Shown: positions 40,946-51,715, counted from the stretch's first letter. The stretch: DNA of 64,000 nucleotides from Candidatus Hydrogenedentota bacterium (GCA_963745075.1 CAVUWV010000032.1:1-64000), one strand, 5' to 3'. Notes: generated from the sequence alone by a model not told the origin. Program-made: numbers and translations.

Positions 40946-42739
40946 TCATCGTTCGATCACATAGTGTCCCTCCACATAACTTCGTGTGCGGACCACCAGC
41001 AACTTCGCGTCGGCATCGTAGGTCCACTGGGTATCCTCGTTCAATCCGACACCGTCGATGCTGACGGAATCCGGCTTCGGATCCATCTTGATGCGCAGAA
41101 TATGGGGCTTCTCCACGCCACCCACGCGCACATCCAGCGCCTCGCCGGTATCGTCGACGGTGACGGTCGACCGGCCGCTGCCGTCGGGGTGGACGACTTC
41201 GAACTCGCTGCGGCCGTGCGGATAGATGAGCCACGTCACGAACCCGTCCGACATCTCGTCGCCGAGACTGGTGTAGGCGCGTTTTACGGCCAGCGGGATT
41301 ATCGCGCCGTCGCGCACGTACACGGGGAACTCTTCCAGGGGATAATCGCGCGTGAACGTTTTGGGGCCTTCGATAACGTCGTCATCGTCGAAGAGATAGC
41401 GCCACCGGCCCTCGGGCAGCGACACGGTGCGCTTCAAGGAGTCCTCATAGATGGGCGCGACCAGGAAATCGTCGCCGAAGAGGTAGTGGTACTTGGCTTC
41501 GAGCGGGCGCATCAGGGGGCGTCCCCCTTCGTGACATGCCACGACCTGCGTGTAGATGTACGGGACCAACTCAGTGTGGAGCCAGGCGAACTTACGGATG
41601 ATTTCCCATTCGTCCGGAACGGATTCCCAGAGCGCGCGATTCGTGTGGCCGCCGTTCAGGAAGAGCCCGCAGAAGGTCGAGAATTGGGCCCATCGGGTGT
41701 AGAGATGCGGCGGAAACTTCCCGCCCGAATACCCCGCGACATCCGAACCGATGACGTTGTAGCCCATCGCGGCGCTGTGAAGGATGTCGGTGAGGGCTTC
41801 TTCGATGCCTTCGTCTTCCAGCCGCCAGGCGTGGTCCTGGTCACCCACCCAGTTCACGGGTGACGCGTCGATGGGGGCGAATCCTTCGGGATGGGCTTTC
41901 GTGTCCAGCCAATACGCGCGCGCGGTGTTTACGCCCTTGCTCTTGAGGAGCCCGATGCGATCCGTGGATCGCGACAAGGTAATAAACTCCGGGTTCTGCG
42001 TCAGGCCGTGCTGGTATTCGTCGCGGTAGTAATGGTCCATGTAGGTTCGCGTGGTCATAATACCGTGCCGGACACCCATGTACGGGACCGGGAAATTCCC
42101 CAGCCGCATGCCGAACGCGGTCGCCGCGCCGTCGAGTTTCCACCCGTCGATGCCCCAATCGAGCACCTGCTGTTGCATCCCGTGCCACCACTTCATGGCG
42201 TCCGGATTCGAGTAGTCGATGAATCCCCCGCGGCCTTTCCACCAGCCGATCTCCCGACCGTTGCCCGCGAGATAGCCGTTCTTGGCGGCCTCGTCGAACC
42301 AGTCCTGCGAATCCGGGATGGCCGTGTCTTTGCTATGGCTGTCCACCATGCACGTCATCCACAGCACGACACGGTATCCGTCGTCCTGGAGTTGGCCGAA
42401 GAACTCGGCGGGGTTGGGATAGCGTTCCTCGTCCACACTGAAATCGTTGTAGCGCGTGCTCCAGGGACTGTCGATGAGCACCGTGCGCACCGGGAAATCG
42501 TGGTCCGCGTAGCCCTGCAACAGGTCGCGCACCGCCTGCGCCGTGTTGGTGTCGTCTTCCCAGACCCAGCATTCGAGGGCCCAGGCCGGCGTCAAGGGCG
42601 GTGCTCCGTGCCGCTGCTCGTTGAACGGCATCCCCCAGAACGGCAGCACCCAGTAGAAGTACAACACGACTGGGATAAGCAGTATTATGATTAGCGTCAC
42701 ACACCCCAGTCGACGTAGACATCCGCGTTTTTGCTTCAT
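40946..42739 (-). CDS. Glycoside hydrolase family 31, N-terminally anchored
   Basis: IDSPW, GIDGWKLDG, WVGDQ, GSDVAGY, RWAQF, YLFGDDFLVAP and PVYVRDG motifs. Confidence 0.85.
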   Translation of the reverse strand: MKQKRGCLRRLGCVTLIIILLIPVVLYFYWVLPFWGMPFNEQRHGAPPLTPAWALECWVWEDDTNTAQAVRDLLQGYADHDFPVRTVLIDSPWSTRYNDFSVDEERYPNPAEFFGQLQDDGYRVVLWMTCMVDSHSKDTAIPDSQDWFDEAAKNGYLAGNGREIGWWKGRGGFIDYSNPDAMKWWHGMQQQVLDWGIDGWKLDGAATAFGMRLGNFPVPYMGVRHGIMTTRTYMDHYYRDEYQHGLTQNPEFITLSRSTDRIGLLKSKGVNTARAYWLDTKAHPEGFAPIDASPVNWVGDQDHAWRLEDEGIEEALTDILHSAAMGYNVIGSDVAGYSGGKFPPHLYTRWAQFSTFCGLFLNGGHTNRALWESVPDEWEIIRKFAWLHTELVPYIYTQVVACHEGGRPLMRPLEAKYHYLFGDDFLVAPIYEDSLKRTVSLPEGRWRYLFDDDDVIEGPKTFTRDYPLEEFPVYVRDGAIIPLAVKRAYTSLGDEMSDGFVTWLIYPHGRSEFEVVHPDGSGRSTVTVDDTGEALDVRVGGVEKPHILRIKMDPKPDSVSIDGVGLNEDTQWTYDADAKLLVVRTRSYVEGHYVIER

Positions 42740-42850
42740 GGCAACCTCCCGCGTACAGTGGCGGAAGGTACTGTATCACAGCGCGCCGGCCGTCCGAAGC
42801 AGGACAGTACCCGTTAATTGAGAATACGAACCCTCGAAAGGAGGCCCATC

Positions 42851-43093
42851 ATGACACTCGAAGTGATTCGCGCGACGCTCGCATGGTGTACGGTGTTCAA
42901 CATCGGCTTACTCTTCGTCTGGGGTATCATGTTTCTGTTCGCCCACGACTGGATGTACAAGTTCCACAGCAAATGGTTCAAAATGTCCACTGAAACCTTT
43001 GACACCATCCATTATTGCGGCATGGCTGTCTATAAAATCGGTATGCTGCTGTTCAATCTCGTGCCGTACCTCGCCCTGCGCATCGTGGGGTGA
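42851..43093 (+). CDS. Small membrane protein (DUF6868-like)
   Basis: GGAGG RBS; WCTVFNIGLL...HYCGMAVYKIG...NLVPYLAL pattern. Confidence 0.7.
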   Translation: MTLEVIRATLAWCTVFNIGLLFVWGIMFLFAHDWMYKFHSKWFKMSTETFDTIHYCGMAVYKIGMLLFNLVPYLALRIVG

Positions 43094-43140
43094 GCGAGGC
43101 ATTGTCTCGCGCTCAATCGTTTTTGCAAAGGAGAATCCCT

Positions 43141-43542
43141 GTGTCCGATACCGTTCCCTCGAGAACCCTCAGTATCTCGATTGAATGCCCATTACAGCAG
43201 GTGTACGCCTTCGTGTCGAACCCGGAACGGCTCCCCCACTGGGCCACGACGTTCTGTAAATCCGTGCGGCCCGACGGAGACGACTGGATCGTCGAATCAC
43301 CCGCCGGTGAGGTACGAGTGCGGTTCACGAAACCAAACGCCTACGGCGTGGTCGATCACATGGTCACCCTGCCCTCGGGTGATTCCGTCCAGGTTCCCAT
43401 GCGCGTCGTGCCCAACGGTTCCGGCAGCGAAGTCCTCTTCACGCTCTTCCGGCCGCCCGCCATGACCGACGGGGAATTCGCCAGAGACGCCCTCATGGTC
43501 CAGCAAGATTTGGAGACGCTGAAGAGAGTGCTGGAGGGGTAA
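43141..43542 (+). CDS. SRPBCC / polyketide cyclase-like protein
   Basis: AGGAG RBS before the GTG; VYAFVSNPERLPHWA, GVVDH, MRVVPNGSGSEV and DLETLK motifs. Confidence 0.82.
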   Translation: MSDTVPSRTLSISIECPLQQVYAFVSNPERLPHWATTFCKSVRPDGDDWIVESPAGEVRVRFTKPNAYGVVDHMVTLPSGDSVQVPMRVVPNGSGSEVLFTLFRPPAMTDGEFARDALMVQQDLETLKRVLEG

Positions 43543-43557
43543 GATTTATCCCTTGGA

Positions 43558-43685
43558 ACTTCTAACAAAAACCAAGTGGTCAAATTGTGGTGCGGGCATC
43601 CCTGCCTGCCTGCGCCATCAATCTAAGAGCAGCCAAGATGGCCGCACCACAACGGTCGAAATAGATACGGGTTTTTGTTAGAAGT
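43558..43685. mobile_element. MITE-like element with 16-bp terminal inverted repeats and an internal REP-like doublet
   Basis: ACTTCTAACAAAAACC (43558-43573) and GGTTTTTGTTAGAAGT (43670-43685); inner TTGTGGTGCGG...CCGCACCACAA. Confidence 0.65.
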
Positions 43686-43702
43686 CCTTAGATGAACCCA
43701 AC

Positions 43703-46681
43703 CTACCCGCCCTGCACCGACGTCAATACCCGCTCGTAGGCTTGATGTACGTGCCTCTTTCGTTCCTGAACGAGCGTGGCAAGGTCTCCTTCGATGTCGA
43801 GGCGGCGCGCGAGCCGGGTGAGCGCCTCCGGGTCCTCGGGGAGGGTGCTGGTGGAACGGCCGTGCATGATGCGGAGGCGGTTCTCGATGCGGCGGAAGAG
43901 GAGGTACGTGTCGTGCAGCATGCGGGTCTCGTCGGGTGCGAGGACTTCTAGTTTCTGGAGAAGACTGAGTGCGCCGAGGACGTCGCCGCGTTTGAGGTCG
44001 GGGTGTTGGTCGGCGTGGCGCAGTTGGAGGAGACGGACCGCGAATTCAAGTTCGGCGATGCCGCCTTCGTGTTTCTTCAGGTCACGCGAACTCGAAGCGG
44101 CCACGATCTTCCGGCGGATCTCTTCGATGTTCGCGATGTTCTCTGGCGTCAGTTCCAGCGTGAAGGCCAGCTCCCGTGCACGGCGGCCCACATCGGCGCC
44201 AAACGCGCGGTCGCCGGCGACGGCACGGGCTTTCACGAGGGCCAGCCGCTCCCAGGGCTGCGCTTCCGTCGTGTAATACTCTTCCAGGCGCGCGTCGCTG
44301 ACGACGAGGCTGCCTTTCTTGCCGTCGGGACGGAGCCGCGCGTCGATTTCGTAGAGTTGGCCGTAGCGGGTTGGCTCTTTCAGTATGCGCATGACATTCG
44401 ACGCGACGGCGGTGAAATACTCGGTGGGTGACGTGCCCGAGTCGACGGTGGCCATACTATCGTAGACAAAGACAAGATCGAGGTCGCTTCCGTACCCGAG
44501 TTCACGGCCGCCCATCTTGCCGAGCCCGAGCACCGCGAACGCCGCCTGCGTTTCGCCGAACCGCTCGACGACTTTCTGCTGCGCCTGGTTCAGCGCGAAG
44601 GCGAGACTGACTTCCGCGAGCAGCGTCAACTCCTCGCCGATGCTCACGATGCCCGCGTCGAGAATCAGATCGCGCATGCCGATACGCAGGGTCTCGCCCG
44701 CGTGTAAGCGGTATGGCGCCGCATCGCTCTCGTATGCGCGGGACAACGCGGCCAACTGACCTTCCAAGTCTTCGCGGGTGGACGGGTGTGCGAGCACACC
44801 GGGCCGGCCAAAGGTATCGAAAAGCCCGGGATCGCGAATCAGCAGCCCTGAGAGAAACTCGCTGTTCTCGACGAGCGTCACGAGGTAGTCGCAGAGGTGG
44901 GGGCTCCACTTCAGGATGTCGTAAATCGCGCCGGGCGCGCGTACGTTGGACAGGATCTGCCCCATCCGCAACAGCGTGACATCGGGATCGACGCTCTTTG
45001 AGAGGGCTTCCAACAGGATGGGCGCGACTTCGGCAAACTGCTGCCGCACGTGCAGCGAGTGGGGGCGTTCGCGGATGCCCGTGGCGAGGATGAGCAGTTC
45101 CTCGCGCGCTCGCTGCACGTCCTTGAAGCCCAGGGGCCGCAATCCTTCCAACCCGGCGGCTCCGTCGGAATGGGGGTTGAGCAGGTCGTTCACCCACAAT
45201 TTACCCGAGCCCTTCGTCGCGAGAAACTGGTCGAGAATCTTGCGCGTAGCGTCGGCGCGATCCTGGTAGTCCGCCATGAACGAGGCGCCCGTGTCGTAGC
45301 CCAACAGTTTCGCGAAGGCGTCAAGCATACCGTGGTCTTTGGGCAATGCATGGCGCTGTTGGCTGCCTTCTATCTGCAACCGGTGTTCCACCTGGCGCAT
45401 GAACGTGTAGTTGCTGGCCAGCGCCGTTGCGTCGAGCGGTTTGAGCAGGTTGTGTTCGCCCAACACCTTAATCGCGTGAAGCGTGGTGCCGGTGCGCAGC
45501 TCTTCGATGCGGCCGCCGTTGAGCAGTTGCAGCATCTGCACGGTGAATTCGATGTCGCGAATACCGCCCCGCCCGAGTTTTACTTCCGTGTCCGTCTCGC
45601 CGCGGTTCGCCACCTGTGCTTCCATCTGATACTTGACGTTGCGGATGTCTTCCAGCGTCTCGTCATCGAAAAAGCGGGGAAACACAAAGGGCCGCGTGCG
45701 CTCGATGAACCGCTGCCCTAGTTCGAGATCGCCCGCGCAAGGCCGCGTCTTGATGAGCGCCTGCCGCTCCCAGGCCTGGCCCTCGCTCTCGTAGTAGTAC
45801 ACGGCGCTGTCGATATCGACGGCGAGCGGACCCATACGGCCATGAGGGCGCAGCCGCATGTCCACCCGAAATACGGAACCCTCGGCCGTAATCTCGGAAA
45901 GGGCTTTAATGATGCGTTCGCCCAGCTTGTGGAAGTATTCCGAGCTGCTGGTGGTTCCAGCGCGGCCGCCGGACGTGGCCCCGTCGCAGGCGTACACGAA
46001 GATCAGATCGATATCTGAACTGAAGTTTAGTTCGCACCCGCCCAGCTTGCCCATTCCCAGGACGACAAATCCGCATTCGGATTCGCCGTCCGTACACCGG
46101 GGAACGCCAAACCGCGGATCGAGATCGCGGCGCGCACTCTGATACGCGGCCTCGAGGGTGGCGTCCGCCAGATTCGATAGATCCTGCGTCAACGACCTGA
46201 GCGACACGTGGGAAAAGATGTCGCGCGTGGCGATGCGGAGGATCTCGCGCCGCTTGAAACGCCGTAAGGCTTGGCAGCGCGCGTCGAAGGTATTGAAATT
46301 CTCCTGCACGCGCAGTAGTTCGCGAATCATGTCATCCCGGGGGCGGGCGTTCTTGAGTTCGGCCTCTTCCCAGAGCCACAACGTGAACTCCGGATTGCGG
46401 CAGACGATATCGGTGAGATACTGACTCTGCGCGAGTATCGTGAGCAGGAGCTGCGCATAACGGAGCGTGGCATCCATCAAATCGATTTCGGCACGTGGCG
46501 TCAGCGTGACTTCCAGAAACCGCTCCAGCCGATTCAGGGCCGTGGTCGGATCGCCGCAATCTTTGAGCGCCTGGGCCAGATGTTCGGCCAGCCGGGGATG
46601 GTCGTCCCGGATGATACTTTCCAGGAAAACTTCCGCGCGCTCGGCATCGTCGAATGCGATATCTTCAAACTCAGTTCTCAT
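43703..46681 (-). CDS. glnE: Bifunctional glutamine synthetase adenylyltransferase/adenylyl-removing enzyme
   Basis: Two nucleotidyltransferase repeats: GMGKLGGCELNFSSDIDL / VDMRLRP / WERQALIK and GLGKMGGRELGYGSDLDL / IDARLRP. Confidence 0.95.
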   Translation of the reverse strand: MRTEFEDIAFDDAERAEVFLESIIRDDHPRLAEHLAQALKDCGDPTTALNRLERFLEVTLTPRAEIDLMDATLRYAQLLLTILAQSQYLTDIVCRNPEFTLWLWEEAELKNARPRDDMIRELLRVQENFNTFDARCQALRRFKRREILRIATRDIFSHVSLRSLTQDLSNLADATLEAAYQSARRDLDPRFGVPRCTDGESECGFVVLGMGKLGGCELNFSSDIDLIFVYACDGATSGGRAGTTSSSEYFHKLGERIIKALSEITAEGSVFRVDMRLRPHGRMGPLAVDIDSAVYYYESEGQAWERQALIKTRPCAGDLELGQRFIERTRPFVFPRFFDDETLEDIRNVKYQMEAQVANRGETDTEVKLGRGGIRDIEFTVQMLQLLNGGRIEELRTGTTLHAIKVLGEHNLLKPLDATALASNYTFMRQVEHRLQIEGSQQRHALPKDHGMLDAFAKLLGYDTGASFMADYQDRADATRKILDQFLATKGSGKLWVNDLLNPHSDGAAGLEGLRPLGFKDVQRAREELLILATGIRERPHSLHVRQQFAEVAPILLEALSKSVDPDVTLLRMGQILSNVRAPGAIYDILKWSPHLCDYLVTLVENSEFLSGLLIRDPGLFDTFGRPGVLAHPSTREDLEGQLAALSRAYESDAAPYRLHAGETLRIGMRDLILDAGIVSIGEELTLLAEVSLAFALNQAQQKVVERFGETQAAFAVLGLGKMGGRELGYGSDLDLVFVYDSMATVDSGTSPTEYFTAVASNVMRILKEPTRYGQLYEIDARLRPDGKKGSLVVSDARLEEYYTTEAQPWERLALVKARAVAGDRAFGADVGRRARELAFTLELTPENIANIEEIRRKIVAASSSRDLKKHEGGIAELEFAVRLLQLRHADQHPDLKRGDVLGALSLLQKLEVLAPDETRMLHDTYLLFRRIENRLRIMHGRSTSTLPEDPEALTRLARRLDIEGDLATLVQERKRHVHQAYERVLTSVQGG

Positions 46682-46712
46682 GCGTCGTTACGTCTCACAC
46701 GTTTTGAAGGTC

Positions 46713-46738
46713 CCTTTGGAGTGCGGCCACTCCAAAGG
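46713..46738. repeat. Perfect REP-like palindrome
   Basis: CCTTTGGAGTG-CGGC-CACTCCAAAGG. Confidence 0.55.
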
Positions 46739-46782
46739 AAATCGCTAAAGAATTCATGATTTCCAAATTCGAAACTATGGGT

Positions 46783-47907
46783 TTAATTCCAAGTTTTGCC
46801 GATCCGTTCGCCCACTTCGGCGAGCAGATCAGCGGCATGGGTTATCGCGTAATCCGGCGCGATCGAACCGGTACACAACGCATGAACGACGTCGATGCCA
46901 TGCTCGTGGACGGCCTCGTATCCGTCGCCCAATATGCCTGCTACAGCAACCACGGGGATGCCGGCCTGCTGCGCAATCCGTGCTACGCCGATAGGCGTCT
47001 TCCCGTGAACGGATTGACCGTCGAGCTTGCCCTCGCCGGTAATGACGAGGTCCGCCCCGCGCATACGGTCGGCGAGGTGACACGCATCCGCTACGAGTTC
47101 CACACCCGGGCGAAGGCTACCATGGGCAAAGGCGACAAGACCAGCGCCGAGACCGCCCGCGGCGCCCGCGCCAGGGAGATCGGCAATAGGGACGCCCATC
47201 TGCGCGCGGACCACGTCCGCGAAGTGGCGCAACGCGCCATCGAGTTCCTCGACTGCTTCCGGAGTGGCGCCTTTTTGCGGTCCGTAAACGCGTGAAGCGC
47301 CGTTGGGTCCGCACAACGGGTTGGTCACGTCGCACGCGACAAGAATTTCGCAGTCATCAAGCTCGGAAAGTCGATGCGATCCGTCGATTCGGGCGAGAGA
47401 CAATAACGCCGCACCGCCGCGAGCAAGCACACTCCCCGTTGCGTCCAGGAATCGATACCCCAAGGCTTCCGCCATACCCGCGCCACCGTCGTTCGTCGCG
47501 CTGCCGCCAATTCCAACGATAACCCGTCGCGCCCCATTTTCGATCGCCGCGCGGAGCAACTCACCCGTCCCGTAAGTCGTAGCGATACGTGGATCCCGGT
47601 GTTCCGGAGGTACCAGCGCCAGGCCCGATGCGGACGCCATCTCGATGACTGCCGTCTCGCCGTCGCCCAGCAGCCCGTAGACAGCGTCGACGGGGTCGCC
47701 CATAGGCCCGGTGACGGTCAGGGGTAGCGTCCGGCCGTTCGTCGCAGCGACCAGCGCGTCGACGGTCCCTTCGCCCCCATCCGCCATGGGGACAAGCCGA
47801 AGTTCCGCATCCGGCGCCGCGCGCCGCAATCCGGCGGCCAGCGCTTCCGCGACCTCAAGCGCGGTCAGACATTCCTTAAACGAGTCCGGGGCAATAACGA
47901 TGTGCAT
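46783..47907 (-). CDS. Glycerate kinase (GlxK/GarK family)
   Basis: IAPDSFKE, ADGGEGT, GGSATNDGG, GPQKGA and ITGEG motifs. Confidence 0.93.
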   Translation of the reverse strand: MHIVIAPDSFKECLTALEVAEALAAGLRRAAPDAELRLVPMADGGEGTVDALVAATNGRTLPLTVTGPMGDPVDAVYGLLGDGETAVIEMASASGLALVPPEHRDPRIATTYGTGELLRAAIENGARRVIVGIGGSATNDGGAGMAEALGYRFLDATGSVLARGGAALLSLARIDGSHRLSELDDCEILVACDVTNPLCGPNGASRVYGPQKGATPEAVEELDGALRHFADVVRAQMGVPIADLPGAGAAGGLGAGLVAFAHGSLRPGVELVADACHLADRMRGADLVITGEGKLDGQSVHGKTPIGVARIAQQAGIPVVAVAGILGDGYEAVHEHGIDVVHALCTGSIAPDYAITHAADLLAEVGERIGKTWN

Positions 47908-48115
47908 CGTGCGTGCTTTCTACGTCCAAAGCGCTAAGATCGGCGCCGGTCGCTTCTGAAATTGAGACGATCATAGCAGACCCCGGGATGGCGCAACGAC
48001 CCGGCACGACGAGTTCCGTGCACCCTTATCCCCCCTCTTCTTGACTTAGGATAGTGACTCTTCAAACAATGGACCCTGGGAGTCATCAATCTATCTTTAT
48101 TCGGAGGAACGCGTC

Positions 48116-48931
48116 ATGCGGATCACACGCAGACAATTCATTGGTTTGGTTGGTGCGGCGGGGCTTTCGAGCTGCGCCCGGATGGGGCTCGACAAGGTCG
48201 CGGATATGGACATCATGCCCGGCGGCCCCGGGCGGTTCACCTTTGCGACCATCGGCGACATTCACGTGCTCGACGCCCGCAGCACAGGCATCGTGAACCA
48301 GGCGGTCGACTCCATCAATGTAAATGACAACGTCCGGTTCACGGTCGTGCTGGGTGACTTGGCAACCAGCGGCGAGTACGTGGAGCTGAACCTCGCCCAT
48401 ACGTCTCTGGCGCGACTCGCGAAACCGCACTTCTCCGTTCCCGGCAATCATGACGTGAATATGCACGCCAAGAACATCTACGGCAACTATACGAAACTCT
48501 TCGGCGATCCGGACTGGCGCAATGAAGAGGAGGGCTGGTTGTTCATGGGCATCGACTCGACGAACGAAGCCAAGAGCGACGTGGCTATCCGGCCGGATCA
48601 GCTTGCGTGGATTGAGAAACAACTTAAGAAGATAAATCCGAAACGACCTATCGCGCTCATGACGCACCATCCGTTCAATCCCACGACCAAGTACCGGGTT
48701 CAGAATGCAGACGAGGTGTTGGCAATGTTCTCCGACCACAACCTCAAGCTAGTTGCGGCGGGCCATTTCCACGGAAATCAGGAAGAAACGCAGGACGGTA
48801 TCTTGTTCACGACCACCGCCTGCTGCTCGTCGACGCGCGGCAACCACGACGGCACCACGTCGAAAGGATTTCGTCTGTTCCATGTCGACAAGGAAGCTGT
48901 GACAACCGAGTACGTGGAAGTGGTGGCGTGA
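48116..48931 (+). CDS. Tat-exported calcineurin-like metallophosphoesterase
   Basis: TRRQF, GDIH, LGD, PGNHD, HHP and GHFH motifs. Confidence 0.88.
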   Translation: MRITRRQFIGLVGAAGLSSCARMGLDKVADMDIMPGGPGRFTFATIGDIHVLDARSTGIVNQAVDSINVNDNVRFTVVLGDLATSGEYVELNLAHTSLARLAKPHFSVPGNHDVNMHAKNIYGNYTKLFGDPDWRNEEEGWLFMGIDSTNEAKSDVAIRPDQLAWIEKQLKKINPKRPIALMTHHPFNPTTKYRVQNADEVLAMFSDHNLKLVAAGHFHGNQEETQDGILFTTTACCSSTRGNHDGTTSKGFRLFHVDKEAVTTEYVEVVA

Positions 48932-48949
48932 AGATAGGCGGCCGAGCCG

Positions 48950-50329
48950 TTAATCCGGGTCTCCGGCTTCGCCCCTCCTGTCGATCTCATGCTTCTTGAG
49001 CCGGTATTGCAACGTCTTGTAAGTAAGACCCAGCAGTTCGGCAGCGTCTTTGATCGATCCGCCGCTGCGACCCAGGGCTTGGCGTATTAGATCCTGCTCC
49101 AAATCCTCGAGCACCAGGCCGCCGGTCGGCAGAACAAAATCCCCCGACTCCGGCGCACGATTGCGCAGTTTTTCCGGCAGATCTTCGGCATGAATGACAT
49201 CGCCGTCGGCAAGTATGTACAACTGTTCGAGCGTGTTCTCGAGTTCCCGCACGTTGCCCGGCCATCGGTAATGGCGCATGGCTTCCAGCGTATCCGACGC
49301 GAGCGTTGGGCATTTCTTTCCCAGTCGTTTGGACAGCTTCTCGCGAAAGTGTTGGATGAGTAACGGCAAGTCATGCAACCGATCGCGCAAGGGCGGCAAT
49401 GCCACCGGCAACACGTCGAGCCGGAAAAACAAGTCCTCGCGAAACTCGCCGTTGTCCACCAGTTTTCGCAACTCCCGGTTCGTGGCGGCGATAACACGCA
49501 CATCGACCTTGCGGGGCGTTGACGAACCAACCCGCTCGACGACCCCGTCCTGCAAGACGCGCAGCAGCTTGGCCTGACTGTCGAGCCGCATGTCGCCGAC
49601 CTCATCGAGAAACAACGTGCCGCCGTTGGCGACCTCGAACTTCCCCGCGCGGCTGGCTTCGGCCCCCGTAAACGCGCCTTTCTCGTGACCGAACAATTCG
49701 CTCTCAACCAGCGTATCCGGAATCGCGGCGCAGTTCACAACCGCAAAGGGTTTCTTGCTGCGCGGGCCCTCGAAGTGAATGTGGCGAGCCACCAACTCCT
49801 TACCGGTCCCCGATTCGCCAAGAATGAGCACGGTGCTGTTGATGGGGACCGCCTTCTGAACGATGTTGAAAACCCGCTGCATGGCCGGGCTTTCGCCGAT
49901 GATGTTGCCCAGGGAAACGGACTGGCTGACCAGTTCGCGCAGTTGAACGTTCTCGCGCCGCAGCGAGCCGCGTTCGATGGCCTTTTCCACCACGATAAGG
50001 AGTTCGTCTTTGTCGAAGGGTTTCGCGAGATAATCCGACGCGCCCTCCTTCATGGCCGTCACCGCCGTCTGGACCGTGGCAAAGGCGGTCATCACCACCA
50101 CCTCCATGTCGGGACAGATGCGCTTGGCCTGCCGGAGCAGTTCGAGCCCGTCCATCTCCGGCATGCGCAGATCCGTGAGCAAAACGTCGCGTGGGTTTGC
50201 GCGCAGGGCGGTTAACGCGTCTTTGGCGGACGCGACGGCCGTAACGCGATAGCCCGCCGCGCTCAAAATATCATTCAGTATGAGGCGCTGGGTTTCGTCG
50301 TCTTCGGCGATGAGAATCTCTGACTTCAT
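48950..50329 (-). CDS. Sigma54-dependent response regulator (NtrC/AtoC-like)
   Basis: Receiver domain, [22 protein letters not shown] and a Fis-type HTH. Confidence 0.93.
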   Translation of the reverse strand: MKSEILIAEDDETQRLILNDILSAAGYRVTAVASAKDALTALRANPRDVLLTDLRMPEMDGLELLRQAKRICPDMEVVVMTAFATVQTAVTAMKEGASDYLAKPFDKDELLIVVEKAIERGSLRRENVQLRELVSQSVSLGNIIGESPAMQRVFNIVQKAVPINSTVLILGESGTGKELVARHIHFEGPRSKKPFAVVNCAAIPDTLVESELFGHEKGAFTGAEASRAGKFEVANGGTLFLDEVGDMRLDSQAKLLRVLQDGVVERVGSSTPRKVDVRVIAATNRELRKLVDNGEFREDLFFRLDVLPVALPPLRDRLHDLPLLIQHFREKLSKRLGKKCPTLASDTLEAMRHYRWPGNVRELENTLEQLYILADGDVIHAEDLPEKLRNRAPESGDFVLPTGGLVLEDLEQDLIRQALGRSGGSIKDAAELLGLTYKTLQYRLKKHEIDRRGEAGDPD

Positions 50330-51705
50330 GCGGCTCCTTCCCGTCGTAGGGGAAACGCGATCAACACGTGGCACCCCTGGCCCTCGACGCAAGACAGGTC
50401 GATGGTTCCTCCATGCTCTTCAATGATTCCGCGCGTAATTGACAAACCAATCCCCGTTCCAGTCGGCTTGGTCGTAAAATACGGATCGAAGGCCCGCTCG
50501 GCTACGTCTTTGGTCAGGCCGGGACCGTCGTCGCGAATCTCGACCTGGCATTCGTCCTCGAGAATGCGCGAAAACAACCGGACCCGCCCTCCCGCGGGCG
50601 TCGCCTCCAGGGCGTTTATCAATACGTTTAACACCGCGCGTGTGAATTGTTTTGGATCCAGAGACAACTCGGTCTCCCCCGCCCTCAAATCGCTGACGAG
50701 TCGAACGCCGCGGTCCTTCGCGTCTTGTACCACCAGGTGTACGCACTCCTCGAGCAAGCGATCGATTCGGACCGGTTCGGGTTGCAATTCGCGCTCTTTC
50801 GCCAATGCCAGAAATCCCGAAACGATCTCGTCGAGCCGATCGACTTCCTTTCGGATCGTGCGCAACTGGGTCACCGCCGAACCGGATTCCTCGCTCACCT
50901 GCAAAGTATCCAGCGCGTGACTCGACAGCAATTTGATCGCGTTGAGCGGATTGCGCACGTCATGGGCGACTCCCGCGGCAAGGGTCCCGAGGGCCGAAAG
51001 CCGCTGCGCCTGACGCAGGTTCTTCTCGACCTGCTCCTTGTCGCGCAACGAGCGCACCATGTTGTTAAACGTCTGTTCGAGCGCGAGAATCTCTCCGTAA
51101 TTCTTACGCACCTCGACTTCGTCGAGTTTGCCTTCACTCACTTTCGCGCAGGACTCGGAGAGATGGCTGAGGGGGCGCAAGCTTTTCACGATGAAGTAAA
51201 TCATCAACCCCAGCGTGACTAAAAATCCGGCCGTCAATCCTGCCAGATACTGGTTCTTAAACACACGGAGAACGGCGGTCAGCCGCTGCATGGGGTATTC
51301 GGCCGTAATGTATATGGGCGTACTGCCCCCGTAATCAAGCGTGTAACTTGCCACGATATTCCCGTCTTCGGTGAACTGCGAGATGACCTTCTCCGTCGGC
51401 TGGATTCCGGGATCGGCGCGCTGGATGTGCAACTGGACCGTAGGGTGATTCTGGGTTAGATCCTTGCTGATTTGCTCCAAATCCAGCGGTTCACCGGGGT
51501 GCTCCGCCGCCAGAAACTGCATTTCGTTCACCATTTCCATCGTCTGATTTTCCACTTCGCGAATGACTTCCACGAAGTAGTGGGCGGTCAGGATGTAAAC
51601 CGACCCGAGCAGACAGAGCAGGAGGATCACGCACAATGCGATCACCCGCACCATGAGCGAGTTGTACCATCGGACGGGCGTATATGTGGAAACCGGGTCG
51701 GTCAT
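50326..51705 (-). CDS. Membrane HAMP sensor histidine kinase
   Basis: Two TM helices, HAMP domain, AHDVRNPL H-box, N/G boxes (DDGPG, GTGIGL); ATGA coupling to the regulator. Confidence 0.92.
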   Translation of the reverse strand: MTDPVSTYTPVRWYNSLMVRVIALCVILLLCLLGSVYILTAHYFVEVIREVENQTMEMVNEMQFLAAEHPGEPLDLEQISKDLTQNHPTVQLHIQRADPGIQPTEKVISQFTEDGNIVASYTLDYGGSTPIYITAEYPMQRLTAVLRVFKNQYLAGLTAGFLVTLGLMIYFIVKSLRPLSHLSESCAKVSEGKLDEVEVRKNYGEILALEQTFNNMVRSLRDKEQVEKNLRQAQRLSALGTLAAGVAHDVRNPLNAIKLLSSHALDTLQVSEESGSAVTQLRTIRKEVDRLDEIVSGFLALAKERELQPEPVRIDRLLEECVHLVVQDAKDRGVRLVSDLRAGETELSLDPKQFTRAVLNVLINALEATPAGGRVRLFSRILEDECQVEIRDDGPGLTKDVAERAFDPYFTTKPTGTGIGLSITRGIIEEHGGTIDLSCVEGQGCHVLIAFPLRREGAA

Positions 51706-51715
51706 AGTCTACGTA

